Assembly: GCA_002457215.1 (NCBI GenBank)
Contig: NTJZ01000011.1
Span: 27,009 to 91,008 of the forward strand
Length of the DNA stretch: 64,000 bases
From: OM182 bacterium MED-G28
Lineage (GTDB): Bacteria > Pseudomonadota > Gammaproteobacteria > Pseudomonadales > Pseudohongiellaceae
Direction of reading: 5' to 3'
Both the position numbers and the translations under genes were made by a program. Of this stretch, positions 1-8,321 are shown piece after piece (position 1 is the first letter of the stretch; the number at the start of each line of letters is the position of its first letter). The notes under the pieces were generated by a model. It was given only the letters and a program-made list of their open reading frames with translations, was not told where the DNA came from and made no database searches.

Positions 1-711
1 ACTTAGCTTTTGCCCTTGAGCATTGACTATGATTGGGATGTGGCCATAGATTGGTGTTTTATAGTTGAGTAATTGTTGTAAATAAATTTGTCTAGGTGTT
101 GAGTCAATCAAATCATTGCCACGAATAATATGAGTAATATTTTGTAGGGCATCATCCGCGACAACCGCAAGTTGATACGCAAATAATTTATCTTTTCTAA
201 CGATTACAAAATCGCCAATTTCTACTTCCAGATTTTGACGATAGTTTCCCTGCACTAGGTCGTTAAATTCTATTATGCCATTTTCAGTTCGCAATCGAAT
301 TGCATAGTCAGAGCAAGGTTTTGAGATTCTGTTTCGACACTGGCCGTTATAGATGGATCCCATCGATTTGATTGCTGAACGACTACAGTCACATTCATAG
401 CAGAGTTCTTTTTTTGCTAGTTGCTGAAGAGTTTTATCATAATCTTCTAGGCGCGTGCTTTGGTATAGCAATTCTCCATCCCACTCTAAACCTAAGTTAA
501 TTAGCTGATCCAATATTTTTTCAGCAGCGCCTTTAGGTTCTCGAAGAGGGTCAAGATCCTCCATGCGCATTAACCAAAGGCCGTTGTTGGCCTTAGCATC
601 AAGAAAACTTGCTACAGCAGCAATTAAAGACCCGAAGTGCAATGGACCGGTTGGTGATGGAGCGAATCTACCAATATAGCAATGATCTTGATTAGTGAGT
701 TCACTGCTCAC
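1..711 (-). CDS. gluQ: Glutamyl-Q tRNA(Asp) synthetase, C-terminally truncated by the window edge
   Basis: Edge ORF, not in the supplied track. Minus-strand translation from GTG at 711 reads VSSELTNQDHCYIGRFAPSPTGPLHFGSLIAAVASFLDAKANNGLWLMRMEDLDPLR, which carries a class-I aaRS HIGH-type motif (PLHFGS). The frame stays open to position 1, ending ..GQKLS. It lies directly downstream of dksA, as in E. coli. Confidence 0.85.
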   Translation of the reverse strand, partial: MSSELTNQDHCYIGRFAPSPTGPLHFGSLIAAVASFLDAKANNGLWLMRMEDLDPLREPKGAAEKILDQLINLGLEWDGELLYQSTRLEDYDKTLQQLAKKELCYECDCSRSAIKSMGSIYNGQCRNRISKPCSDYAIRLRTENGIIEFNDLVQGNYRQNLEVEIGDFVIVRKDKLFAYQLAVVADDALQNITHIIRGNDLIDSTPRQIYLQQLLNYKTPIYGHIPIIVNAQGQKLS

Positions 712-764
712 GATTAAGATTGAAATTTAAGTTGATGACGAGAATGATATATCAGTCCCAATAA

Positions 765-791
765 ATTAAACTCATGCTCCATGGGTTTAAT
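765..791 (-). terminator. Weak AT-rich hairpin between dksA and gluQ (possible attenuator or terminator)
   Basis: Inverted repeat ATTAAAC(765-771)/GTTTAAT(785-791) with a 13-nt loop. On the minus strand it is followed by a T-rich run. The stem is weak. Confidence 0.3.
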
Positions 792-800
792 TAATATGAT

Positions 801-1244
801 TTAGCTGCCTAATTGTTTCTCTTTTATTTCGTCGAGAGTTTTGCAATCAATACATTTATTTGCAGTAGGTCTTGCTTCTAGTCTGCGTATTCCAATTTCA
901 ATTCCACATGACTCGCAAAAACCGTAATCGTCTTGTGCAATCGCTTCGATAGTGCTATCGATTTTCTTGATTAGTTTTCTTTCTCGGTCACGTGTTCGAA
1001 GCTCTAGGCTAAACTCTTCTTCTTGCGTGGCGCGATCCGCTGGATCAGGATAGTTCGCAGCATCATCTTGCATATGGTGCACAGTTCGATCGACTTCTTG
1101 CATTAATTGTTCGCGCCAATCGAGCAAGATCTGCTTAAAGTGCTCTCGCTGTTTTTCATTCATATATTCTTCGCCCTTTTTAGGTTTATAAGGGACAAAG
1201 TTCTTTAAAACTGGTTCTGACTCAGAGCGAATAGAGCTAGACAT
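801..1244 (-). CDS. dksA: RNA polymerase-binding transcription factor DksA
   Basis: 147 aa with a coiled-coil region and a C-terminal C4 zinc finger ([25 protein letters not shown]). Typical DksA length, with gluQ downstream. Confidence 0.95.
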   Translation of the reverse strand: MSSSIRSESEPVLKNFVPYKPKKGEEYMNEKQREHFKQILLDWREQLMQEVDRTVHHMQDDAANYPDPADRATQEEEFSLELRTRDRERKLIKKIDSTIEAIAQDDYGFCESCGIEIGIRRLEARPTANKCIDCKTLDEIKEKQLGS

Positions 1245-1575
1245 AATGGCTAATGCCTCTGTAGACCATTGTGTTGCTATTTAATCTCTTGCTTTAGTTT
1301 AAGCAAGCAATGGTTTTCAAATTGATAGTTGGTCTTGATAAGTGAGTATTTTCTTCAAGACTCGTTGATAGAAATTCTGTGCTTACTTAGCCACGATTTT
1401 CAGAAAGCTGGGTAACCTACCAGATTCTTATTCCGGATGCTATAAAAATCATCATCAATTTCGAACTTAAATAGTATTGAAGAAATGCGCCGCTTCGGTG
1501 CTACCTTTTGTAAAAATTGATCCCTTATAATACCTTAAATGAAGCTATCGTAAGATTGTGTTAAGGAAGTTTAGA

Positions 1576-2745
1576 ATGCCTTTAAAACTGCCACACCTTT
1601 CTCCTAGAATGGAAAATGTGAGTCCCTTTCGTGTAATGACGGTTATGCGTCGTGCTGCTGAGTTGGAGGCAGAGGGGCACAAAGTTGTTCATATGGAAGT
1701 TGGTGAGCCGGATTTCGCTACCGCTCTTCCAATCGTAGAAGCAGCGAAGCGGGCATTGGAAAAAGGCTTAACTAAGTACACAAGTGCGCCCGGGATTGCC
1801 GAATTGCGCGAAGCCATAGCTAATCGTTATAAACTTAATCACGGTGTTTCTATTGATCCAAACCGGGTTTTGATCACCCCGGGCGCCAGCGGAGGACTAT
1901 CACTTCTTGCTAATATGTTAGTGTCACCCGGCGACGGCGTTTTACTCACAGATCCTGCCTATCCCTGCGTAAGAAATTTCATCTATATGCTCTCTGCGGA
2001 GCCGCAGTTGATTCCTGTTTCAATAGTTAATAATTTTCAACCGACGCTAGAGGAGTTAGATCTATATCGAAATCGAAATTCAAGAGGGCTTTGGTTAGCT
2101 TCTCCAAGCAATCCAACTGGAACGATTTTAGAAAGGCAGCGTCTGCAAGAAATCTGTGATTGGACGCAATGTAATCGACTCCATTTGCTTGTTGATGAAA
2201 TTTATCACGGGCTTGAATATGTTGATGATTTGCCCAGTGTGCTGGAACTGGATTCTTCGGCATTTGTTGTGAATAGCTTCTCAAAGTATTACGGCATGAC
2301 CGGTTGGCGTTTGGGTTGGATAATTGTGCCAGACGAGTATGTAGAAACTGCGAATATCCTCGCTCAAAACTTGTTTATCTCACCGCCATCCATTGCCCAA
2401 TACGCAGCGCTAGCTGCATTTACAAATGAAGCGGAAGTGATATTCGAGGAGAGAAGAGATGCTTTTCGCCAGAGAAGGGATTATTTGTCTAGAGCATTGC
2501 GCGAATTAGGATTTCAGCTTTCAAATAATATTCAAGGTGCCTTTTATATCTATGCCAATATCTCCAAATTCTCTGAGGATTCTGAAGAGTTCTGCAAGAA
2601 CTTGCTAGATTACCATCAAGTTGCGATTACTCCAGGCACAGATTTTGGAGAACATAAAGCCAAGGAATTTGTGCGCATGGCATTTACCACTAGCATGCAA
2701 GATTTGGAGCTGGGCGTTGAGCGAATTACTAAGGCACTATGCTGA
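1576..2745 (+). CDS. Class I/II pyridoxal-phosphate-dependent aminotransferase (aspartate/aromatic type)
   Basis: PLP-lysine motif NSFSKYYGMTGWRLGW and an ASPSNPTG motif. The ATG at 1576 is preferred because it is preceded by AGGAAG at 1564-1569. The track ORF starts at a GTG at 1558. Confidence 0.85.
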   Translation: MPLKLPHLSPRMENVSPFRVMTVMRRAAELEAEGHKVVHMEVGEPDFATALPIVEAAKRALEKGLTKYTSAPGIAELREAIANRYKLNHGVSIDPNRVLITPGASGGLSLLANMLVSPGDGVLLTDPAYPCVRNFIYMLSAEPQLIPVSIVNNFQPTLEELDLYRNRNSRGLWLASPSNPTGTILERQRLQEICDWTQCNRLHLLVDEIYHGLEYVDDLPSVLELDSSAFVVNSFSKYYGMTGWRLGWIIVPDEYVETANILAQNLFISPPSIAQYAALAAFTNEAEVIFEERRDAFRQRRDYLSRALRELGFQLSNNIQGAFYIYANISKFSEDSEEFCKNLLDYHQVAITPGTDFGEHKAKEFVRMAFTTSMQDLELGVERITKALC

Positions 2746-2774
2746 GACTCAAGTGATGATAGGGGAAAACCTTT

Positions 2775-3497
2775 ATGGAATTTGAGAGCGAATTACAGTC
2801 TGCACATTTGGTGAGGCGCTATAACCGCTTCCTGGCAGATATTAAGCTTCCGAACGGTGGAATAATGACTATCCATTGCCCAAATACTGGATCTATGAAG
2901 AATTGCAAGGAGCCAAATAGCTTAATTTGGTATTCCGCTTCGTCAAATTTGAAACGCAAATATCCAATGACATGGCAATTCATAGAATCCACTGATAACC
3001 ATATAGTCGGAATCAATACCGGCCTATCCAATAAATTAGTAGTAGAAGCAATTGCGAATGGAACGATCAAACAATTACAAGACTATAATGAGCTGGAGAC
3101 AGAAATAGCTTATGGGGCACAGAATAGCAGAATTGATATATTGCTTAGTGGCGGAGGGCTCTCTAAGCAAGAAAAATGCTATGTAGAAGTGAAAAATGTT
3201 AGCCTTGGTGTTGGTTCAGGCTTGGGTCTTTTCCCAGACGCTGTAACAACTCGGGGCCAAAAACATTTACAAGAGTTAATGTTAGTAAAGAAATCTGGCT
3301 GTCGCGCTGTGTTGCTGTTTTGTGTTCAGCATACTGGTATTGAGCGTGTTAGCCCTGCTGATGAAATTGATCCTGAGTATAGCTCGTTACTAAGAGAAGC
3401 AGTTGCAGTAGGGGTAGAAGCTATTGCTTATCGAACAGAAATCGATCCCCAGAAGGGGAAAATATGGTTACAAGATGAACTTGCTGTGATTCTCTAA
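2775..3497 (+). CDS. sfsA: Sugar fermentation stimulation protein SfsA
   Basis: 240 aa. The N-terminus (LVRRYNRFLADIKLPNGGIMTIHCPNTGSM) and the EVKNV...FPDAVTTRGQKHL motifs are typical of SfsA. Confidence 0.9.
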   Translation: MEFESELQSAHLVRRYNRFLADIKLPNGGIMTIHCPNTGSMKNCKEPNSLIWYSASSNLKRKYPMTWQFIESTDNHIVGINTGLSNKLVVEAIANGTIKQLQDYNELETEIAYGAQNSRIDILLSGGGLSKQEKCYVEVKNVSLGVGSGLGLFPDAVTTRGQKHLQELMLVKKSGCRAVLLFCVQHTGIERVSPADEIDPEYSSLLREAVAVGVEAIAYRTEIDPQKGKIWLQDELAVIL

Positions 3498-3532
3498 CAT
3501 AGCTAATGGCAATGTTTTAGAAACTGCTGCGC

Positions 3533-3877
3533 TTAATATTGGGGTGCAGGCACCAATTGATCTCTCTGAATCATAATCATCCCATTCTCCTCAGTAAATG
3601 GGATTTTCTGTAAATGCTTCCCTTTACAGGGCCCTGCTAAGCAATGCCCATCGTCTATTCTAAACAGAGCTCCGTGAGTAGAGCATTGGATGAGTTCGGC
3701 ATCCGCATCAAGGAAATCATTTTCTTGCCATTCTAAGGGTGTCCCTAGATGGGGGCAGCGATTCCAATAGAGATGAATTTGATTATCTTTTTTCACTGCA
3801 AACATATAAAAGTTATCGAGATCAATTCCTTTAGATTTGCCCTCTTCGATGTCGTTAACCGTAAACAGTTCAATCAT
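3533..3877 (-). CDS. Small soluble Rieske [2Fe-2S] domain protein
   Basis: 114 aa with the two Rieske boxes CPHLG and CSTHGALF. Its start overlaps the upstream stop as TAATG. Confidence 0.85.
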   Translation of the reverse strand: MIELFTVNDIEEGKSKGIDLDNFYMFAVKKDNQIHLYWNRCPHLGTPLEWQENDFLDADAELIQCSTHGALFRIDDGHCLAGPCKGKHLQKIPFTEENGMIMIQRDQLVPAPQY

Positions 3878-5106
3878 TATGCAAGTGCCTGCTCGAAGTC
3901 AGTTAGCAAGTCTGCGACTTCTTCAATTCCTACACTAAAACGAACCATGGAGTCAGAAATGCCCATTGAGGCCCTTCGTTCTACGCCCATTTCATAATAG
4001 ATTGTATGCGCTACTGGTATTGCCAAAGTCCTATTATCCCCTAGATTACTTGAGGAGACGATGCAGTCCATCTTATTAAGAAAGTCAAAACAATTTACTT
4101 CTTCTTTCAAGTCGACACTGAAAATTGTACCGAATCCTTTAAAAAGTTGCTTTGCTCTTTCATGTTGTGGGTGGTTGCTAAGGCCTGGAAAGTAAGCTTT
4201 TTTAATTTTTGGATGATTGTCACAGAATTCAGCAAGCACCTGCGCATTCTCACAAGCCTTTTCGATACGCAGAGACAGCGTTTCTGATCCTGTCGCTAGA
4301 TGGTGCGCAGCTTCCGGCCCTAGGCTAGCCCCCATGTCCCGAAGGCCTTTCTTTTTTATTTGAGTGATTCCCTGAAGTTCCGATTTTTCTGTCCGATAAG
4401 CGTCGTAGATGTTTCCAAATTCTGACCAATCATATAATCCAGTATCCGTGATTATTCCACCAAGCGCATTTCCATGACCGCCGATGTATTTTGTTAGTGA
4501 ATTTACGATTAAGCTAGCCTGAACTTTCTTGGGAAGAAACAAGTGTGGAGAAGTCATCGTGTTATCGACACAATAGATTAAGCTTTTTAACTTACAAAGC
4601 TCCCCGATAGCTTTCAGGTCAGCAACCTGAGTGACGGGGTTAGCTATTGTTTCTACAAACACGAGTTTGGTATTTTCTTGAATGGCACTTTCAACAAAGC
4701 AGGCTTTCGTAGCGTCTACAAAAGTAACTTCAATACCTAGCCGCTTTAAGGTGCCAAAAAAGCTGTTAGTATTACCAAAAAGGAAAGCACTGGAAATTAT
4801 ATGATCTCCTTCCTTTAACAATGCGAGCAGAGCGCTCGATATTGCTGCCATTCCAGTCGCGAATGCGACGCTGGCTATGCCTTGCTCCATCTGGGTAATG
4901 CGATTTTGTAGTGCTGTCACTGTGGGATTTAACTGTCGACCATAGTTATATCCTGCTCGTTTTCCTTGAAATACCTCCGCCAGATGACGCGCATCTTCAT
5001 AACCATAGGCAACTGACGGATGCACTGGTTTGTGCAGCACCCCGTGTTCCGGATTATCCCTGCGGTCCGAGTGTAAATTTGTTGTATTAAAACCTTTCTT
5101 GCCCAT
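3877..5106 (-). CDS. Cys/Met-metabolism PLP enzyme, O-acetyl/O-succinyl-homoserine sulfhydrylase (MetY/MetZ) family
   Basis: 409 aa with PLP-lysine motif NSLTKYIGGHG. The GGIITDTGLYDWSEF insertion is typical of OAH-sulfhydrylase-like members. Confidence 0.85.
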   Translation of the reverse strand: MGKKGFNTTNLHSDRRDNPEHGVLHKPVHPSVAYGYEDARHLAEVFQGKRAGYNYGRQLNPTVTALQNRITQMEQGIASVAFATGMAAISSALLALLKEGDHIISSAFLFGNTNSFFGTLKRLGIEVTFVDATKACFVESAIQENTKLVFVETIANPVTQVADLKAIGELCKLKSLIYCVDNTMTSPHLFLPKKVQASLIVNSLTKYIGGHGNALGGIITDTGLYDWSEFGNIYDAYRTEKSELQGITQIKKKGLRDMGASLGPEAAHHLATGSETLSLRIEKACENAQVLAEFCDNHPKIKKAYFPGLSNHPQHERAKQLFKGFGTIFSVDLKEEVNCFDFLNKMDCIVSSSNLGDNRTLAIPVAHTIYYEMGVERRASMGISDSMVRFSVGIEEVADLLTDFEQALA

Positions 5107-5278
5107 GTGTTTTTCGATGTATCCCTACTAATAAAAATTATTGCCCGAGAATGGTACTCGGAGCAGTATTTTATGCAGGCGGCTTTATACACTAGCCCTA
5201 TACATATTGAAAGAATGCTTTGCTAGATGTAAAGGCCGACGCCACAAGTACAACACTAAAAAATACATTATACCGCGA

Positions 5279-5641
5279 TTAAGAATGCTGGTCTGCTTTG
5301 TCTTGGCAGACTAAACACAGGCTAGCTTGGGGTTGCGCATTTAACCTACCGAAGGAAATAGCTTCATCGCATTGGCGGCAAAAGCCATAATTATCAGATT
5401 CTATAGCTTCCAATGACGCTTGAACTTTTTTTAGTTTAAGTAATGCCTTTCCTCTTGTGGACACTGCCATACTTTGTTGTTGCATCGCATCTATTCGCGA
5501 TACTCGTCCAACCGCTGTCTGATCCAATTGCACGGTCTCTGTCGCCTGTTTGTTTATTTGCAACTGTTCTTTTAATTCGCTCTCCAGCTTATGCAGTGTT
5601 AGTAGTAAATTTTTCTTTTGTTTAGTGGTTAGACTATTCAT
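5279..5641 (-). CDS. DksA/TraR-family C4-type zinc-finger protein (second paralog in the window)
   Basis: 120 aa with an N-terminal coiled coil and a GRVSRIDAMQQQ motif. C-terminal zinc finger CRQCDEAISFGRLNAQPQASLCLVC. Confidence 0.8.
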   Translation of the reverse strand: MNSLTTKQKKNLLLTLHKLESELKEQLQINKQATETVQLDQTAVGRVSRIDAMQQQSMAVSTRGKALLKLKKVQASLEAIESDNYGFCRQCDEAISFGRLNAQPQASLCLVCQDKADQHS

Positions 5642-5672
5642 GATAAAAAATTCTCGACAATTCTTTCATGTT

Positions 5673-6995
5673 TTATTTCAGGCCTTGAAATAATGGGCGA
5701 GAATCAATAAAAGCCTGTATTTCTAGTAGACGCTGTCTGTACTCCGAACTATTCCGGTCATTGTAAATAGCATTAAAGTCAGATTCAGAGATCCCGTCCC
5801 GGCTACCCCCAACTTCAGGCATATAGTCTGATTCCGTTCGGAGATTTATCATGCGCCTTTGCATTTCCAGCGCGGATTGTCGATTCATAGTCGAATAACT
5901 GGCCAGTGTCACACCAACGCTATTTGCAGTTAAATCAGAAAAACTAAAACCGGAGCGATATCTAGCATCATAAGCTTCCTTGGTTGTTGAGAGAAGTTCG
6001 GCAAAGTCAGCACCTACCGAAGCCGCAATAGCAGCGATAGACACGACGTGCTGTGCCAAATCTTGTCGTCTTTGTAGGCGAACCTCAATAAACTTTGCGG
6101 ATTGCACTGCAGCCGCCGTGTCGTTACCAATAAGCTGACTAAGTTCATCATCATTTACGTAAATTGCCAAGGCTTGCAGAAGAGCTCGGTTTTCGGCTAT
6201 TGGATCACTGTCATTCAAAGATCTCTCTCTGGCTTCAGTAAACAACGGAACGAAAAGTGTATTCAGAGATATGGCGCGAACATCCGCAGAGATTGTAGTA
6301 ACAAATTCATTGATCAATTCATAATAACTAACGATTCTATCGCGATCTTCCGGGGACACGAGTAATTGTTGAGCTTGATCACTTATCCGGCTAATCAGTG
6401 CTGGGTCCCATAGTAACCCCACATTCAATTGTGAATCCTCAATTTCTATTGAGTCAACATTGTCGAATAGATCGCTAAGGTCGTTTAAGGCGAGAGTAGA
6501 TTGGTTCAAGTTGTTTCTGAGCCTTCCCCAGGCTATTTCCACCAGACGGTCAGGTAATCGGATATGGCCAACGCGAACTTCACGCATTTCTAGTACTTGA
6601 TTAGTGCTTACAAAAGTACTGCTTATGTTGAGGTAAAGTGGGAGCGATTCGGCTAGTAACTCAAAACTTAACGCAGCACTTAAAGTTTCCTCTTCAATCG
6701 ACAATCGAGCAGCCAAGGTAGGAGACAAATTTATGAGATTTAATCCATAGCGCAATATCAAGTTTAGTTCTTCTGCACTGAGCTGCAAATTTTGTAGGCC
6801 GGCAATCCCGGGTGAACGAGGGACAGTTTCAACTAATAGCTGCTCAATTCGGGAGATTTCTTCAGGGTTTAATGATTCACCAGCGGGAATATTTGGCACT
6901 TTCTGCACTGAAAGTAGAAACACAATAAATGGAGCGCTCAGAAGAAAGACTAGGAGCGATCTAAGTAAAAATCGGAGAGTTACCAATATAGGCAT
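5673..6995 (-). CDS. Hypothetical protein with an N-terminal membrane anchor, function unknown
   Basis: 440-aa ORF with an N-terminal hydrophobic helix (LLRSLLVFLLSAPFIVFLLSV). The remainder is Leu/Ser/Asn-rich and predicted soluble. I recognise no motif. The gap to the downstream DksA-like gene is 31 bp. Confidence 0.7.
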   Translation of the reverse strand: MPILVTLRFLLRSLLVFLLSAPFIVFLLSVQKVPNIPAGESLNPEEISRIEQLLVETVPRSPGIAGLQNLQLSAEELNLILRYGLNLINLSPTLAARLSIEEETLSAALSFELLAESLPLYLNISSTFVSTNQVLEMREVRVGHIRLPDRLVEIAWGRLRNNLNQSTLALNDLSDLFDNVDSIEIEDSQLNVGLLWDPALISRISDQAQQLLVSPEDRDRIVSYYELINEFVTTISADVRAISLNTLFVPLFTEARERSLNDSDPIAENRALLQALAIYVNDDELSQLIGNDTAAAVQSAKFIEVRLQRRQDLAQHVVSIAAIAASVGADFAELLSTTKEAYDARYRSGFSFSDLTANSVGVTLASYSTMNRQSALEMQRRMINLRTESDYMPEVGGSRDGISESDFNAIYNDRNSSEYRQRLLEIQAFIDSRPLFQGLK

Positions 6996-7094
6996 GCTCA
7001 GGGTGTCTTCGCTTTAATCACTTGATTTTGCGGAAAATGAACTCTATTTTTTTGTTGCCGCTTGCAGGCAGAGCCAGTTTGTAGTTGGATTTTA

Positions 7095-7123
7095 CTGACA
7101 AATAGCGACTTTATCGCTATAAA
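7095..7123 (+). promoter_or_regulatory. Candidate sigma70 promoter with a perfect 7-bp palindrome in the spacer
   Basis: CTGACA(7095-7100), a 17-nt spacer, then TATAAA(7118-7123). The palindrome ATAGCGA-N5-TCGCTAT (7102-7120) overlaps the spacer and -10. Located upstream of the lipoprotein gene. Confidence 0.35.
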
Positions 7124-7243
7124 GTATGACAAAATCCAAAAATTCTAGAGTTTGGATATAAAACTACTTATTAATCAAGAGCCTGAAACCAGTGCTTAGT
7201 TTCGGATGTGCTGCGGGAAAGATATTTTTTCAAAGAGAAGGTT

Positions 7244-7948
7244 ATGAATTCATACAAAATTAGAATTGTCTTGCTGCAGGGGTTGCAGGGCCTTGGCAGC
7301 ATTTCTATAGCCATGGTTTTTCTCATTACTTTGACTGCCTGCACATCCCAAGCAGCTAGAGAAGCGGAATTAGCAGCGATCGATGCAGAGCGAGAGGCTC
7401 AGCTAGAGAACACTGCGAGCGCTATTGAGCAAGAACGCCAGCGTGCAATGCAAGAACAACGACGACGTGAAGCAGAGGACCGAGTGAGGATCGCTGCAGC
7501 ACAGCAACTCAGAGAAGAATCACTTGCGAGAGAAGAAGCACTCGCGAGAGAAGAAACACGTGCGAGACAAGAAGCTTTTGCAAGGGAGGAAGAGCTCGCG
7601 AGAGCAGAGAAAGAGCGTCGCCGCCGCGAGGAGGCGGAGCAGAGGGAATATGAGCGTTTAGCTTTAAATGCCGCCGCCGAAGCCGAAAGGCAATCCAAGC
7701 TGGAGTTGATTGCTGAATTAGAGGTCCAAATAGCTTCCATTGAATCTACAACTATGCAGGACGAATCCACCGCTGCTATTTTGCGAGCTGCGATTATGGT
7801 GGCCGAAGAGTTACTGGATACGCTCGCAACTGAGCAAGCTAAATATGAGAGCACTGATGAATATGGCAATACCCTTGAACCACTTGCCAAAGAACTGATC
7901 GCTGAGCTCGAGGCTCGTAAAGACAGTTTGGTGCGTCAAGCTCAGTAG
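7244..7948 (+). CDS. Coiled-coil lipoprotein with Glu/Arg/Ala-rich hexapeptide repeats
   Basis: Signal peptide plus lipobox (FLITLTAC). It carries five tandem 18-bp units (GCGAGAGAAGAA-type, 7526-7609) encoding LAREEA/LAREET/RARQEA/FAREEE/LARAEK. The ATG at 7244 is preceded by GAGAAGG. The track ORF starts at 7208. Confidence 0.75.
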   Translation: MNSYKIRIVLLQGLQGLGSISIAMVFLITLTACTSQAAREAELAAIDAEREAQLENTASAIEQERQRAMQEQRRREAEDRVRIAAAQQLREESLAREEALAREETRARQEAFAREEELARAEKERRRREEAEQREYERLALNAAAEAERQSKLELIAELEVQIASIESTTMQDESTAAILRAAIMVAEELLDTLATEQAKYESTDEYGNTLEPLAKELIAELEARKDSLVRQAQ

Positions 7949-7987
7949 GTCTAGCAAAAGAAGCCAGAGGTTTGCAGTGATTACTCC

Positions 7988-8155
7988 ATGACTAAAATCC
8001 TAGATTTCGAGAGCAAACGGCAGGAACATCTGTTCAAGCAAAAGGAGGCCAAGGCAGATGCATTGCGCAAAGCCTTCCGTCAAGCGAGGGGAGAACCAGA
8101 TCCGGATTCCCGTTCAGGCAAACGGAAAGGTCGCAGAAAACCGGAGAAAAAATAG
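7988..8155 (+). CDS. Possible small basic protein (55 aa)
   Basis: ORF below the track cutoff: MTKILDFESKRQEHLFKQKEAKADALRKAFRQARGEPDPDSRSGKRKGRRKPEKK. Highly charged and non-repetitive, but with no clear SD. It competes with an antisense 60-aa ORF. Confidence 0.3.
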   Translation: MTKILDFESKRQEHLFKQKEAKADALRKAFRQARGEPDPDSRSGKRKGRRKPEKK

Positions 8156-8321
8156 TTCTAATTCCAGCCCTACTTCCTAGCAAAATTTTAACATCCTCTA
8201 AATCCCGCTGAACCACAAAAATGCTGGCCCTCCAGCCGCTTCACATGCTTTGTTTGTAAAGCCTGTTGTGGTAAAGTGCGCGGCTTTAAAAACAACTTAC
8301 CAATCGGGGAGACACACTTAG

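Noticed and set aside
1558-1575. N-terminal extensions in the ORF track. The same issue arises at 7208, 15812, 22992, 37415, 41916 and 45742.
   Set aside because: Internal ATG starts have better SD spacing or match the known N-termini of orthologues (L13, RsmI, SspB). The extensions use GTG or TTG codons without an SD.
5143-5243. Attempt to assign the MetY-like leader to a specific SAM/SAH riboswitch class.
   Set aside because: I could not reproduce any class consensus from memory. Only generic helices are visible, so it is reported as an unclassified candidate.
6895-6908. TGGCAC...GCA resembling a sigma-54 -24/-12 element.
   Set aside because: The GG-to-GC spacing is 2 nt too short. It also lies inside a CDS on the opposite strand.
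7399-7890. 163-aa minus-strand ORF, Ser/Ala/Cys-rich.
   Set aside because: It is the antisense mirror of the Glu/Arg/Ala repeat gene. It is low-complexity, and the sense gene has a lipobox, an SD and a coherent coiled coil.
8034-8216. 60-aa minus-strand ORF.
   Set aside because: Its composition looks random and it has no context. It overlaps the more protein-like 55-codon plus-strand ORF, which is itself only low confidence.
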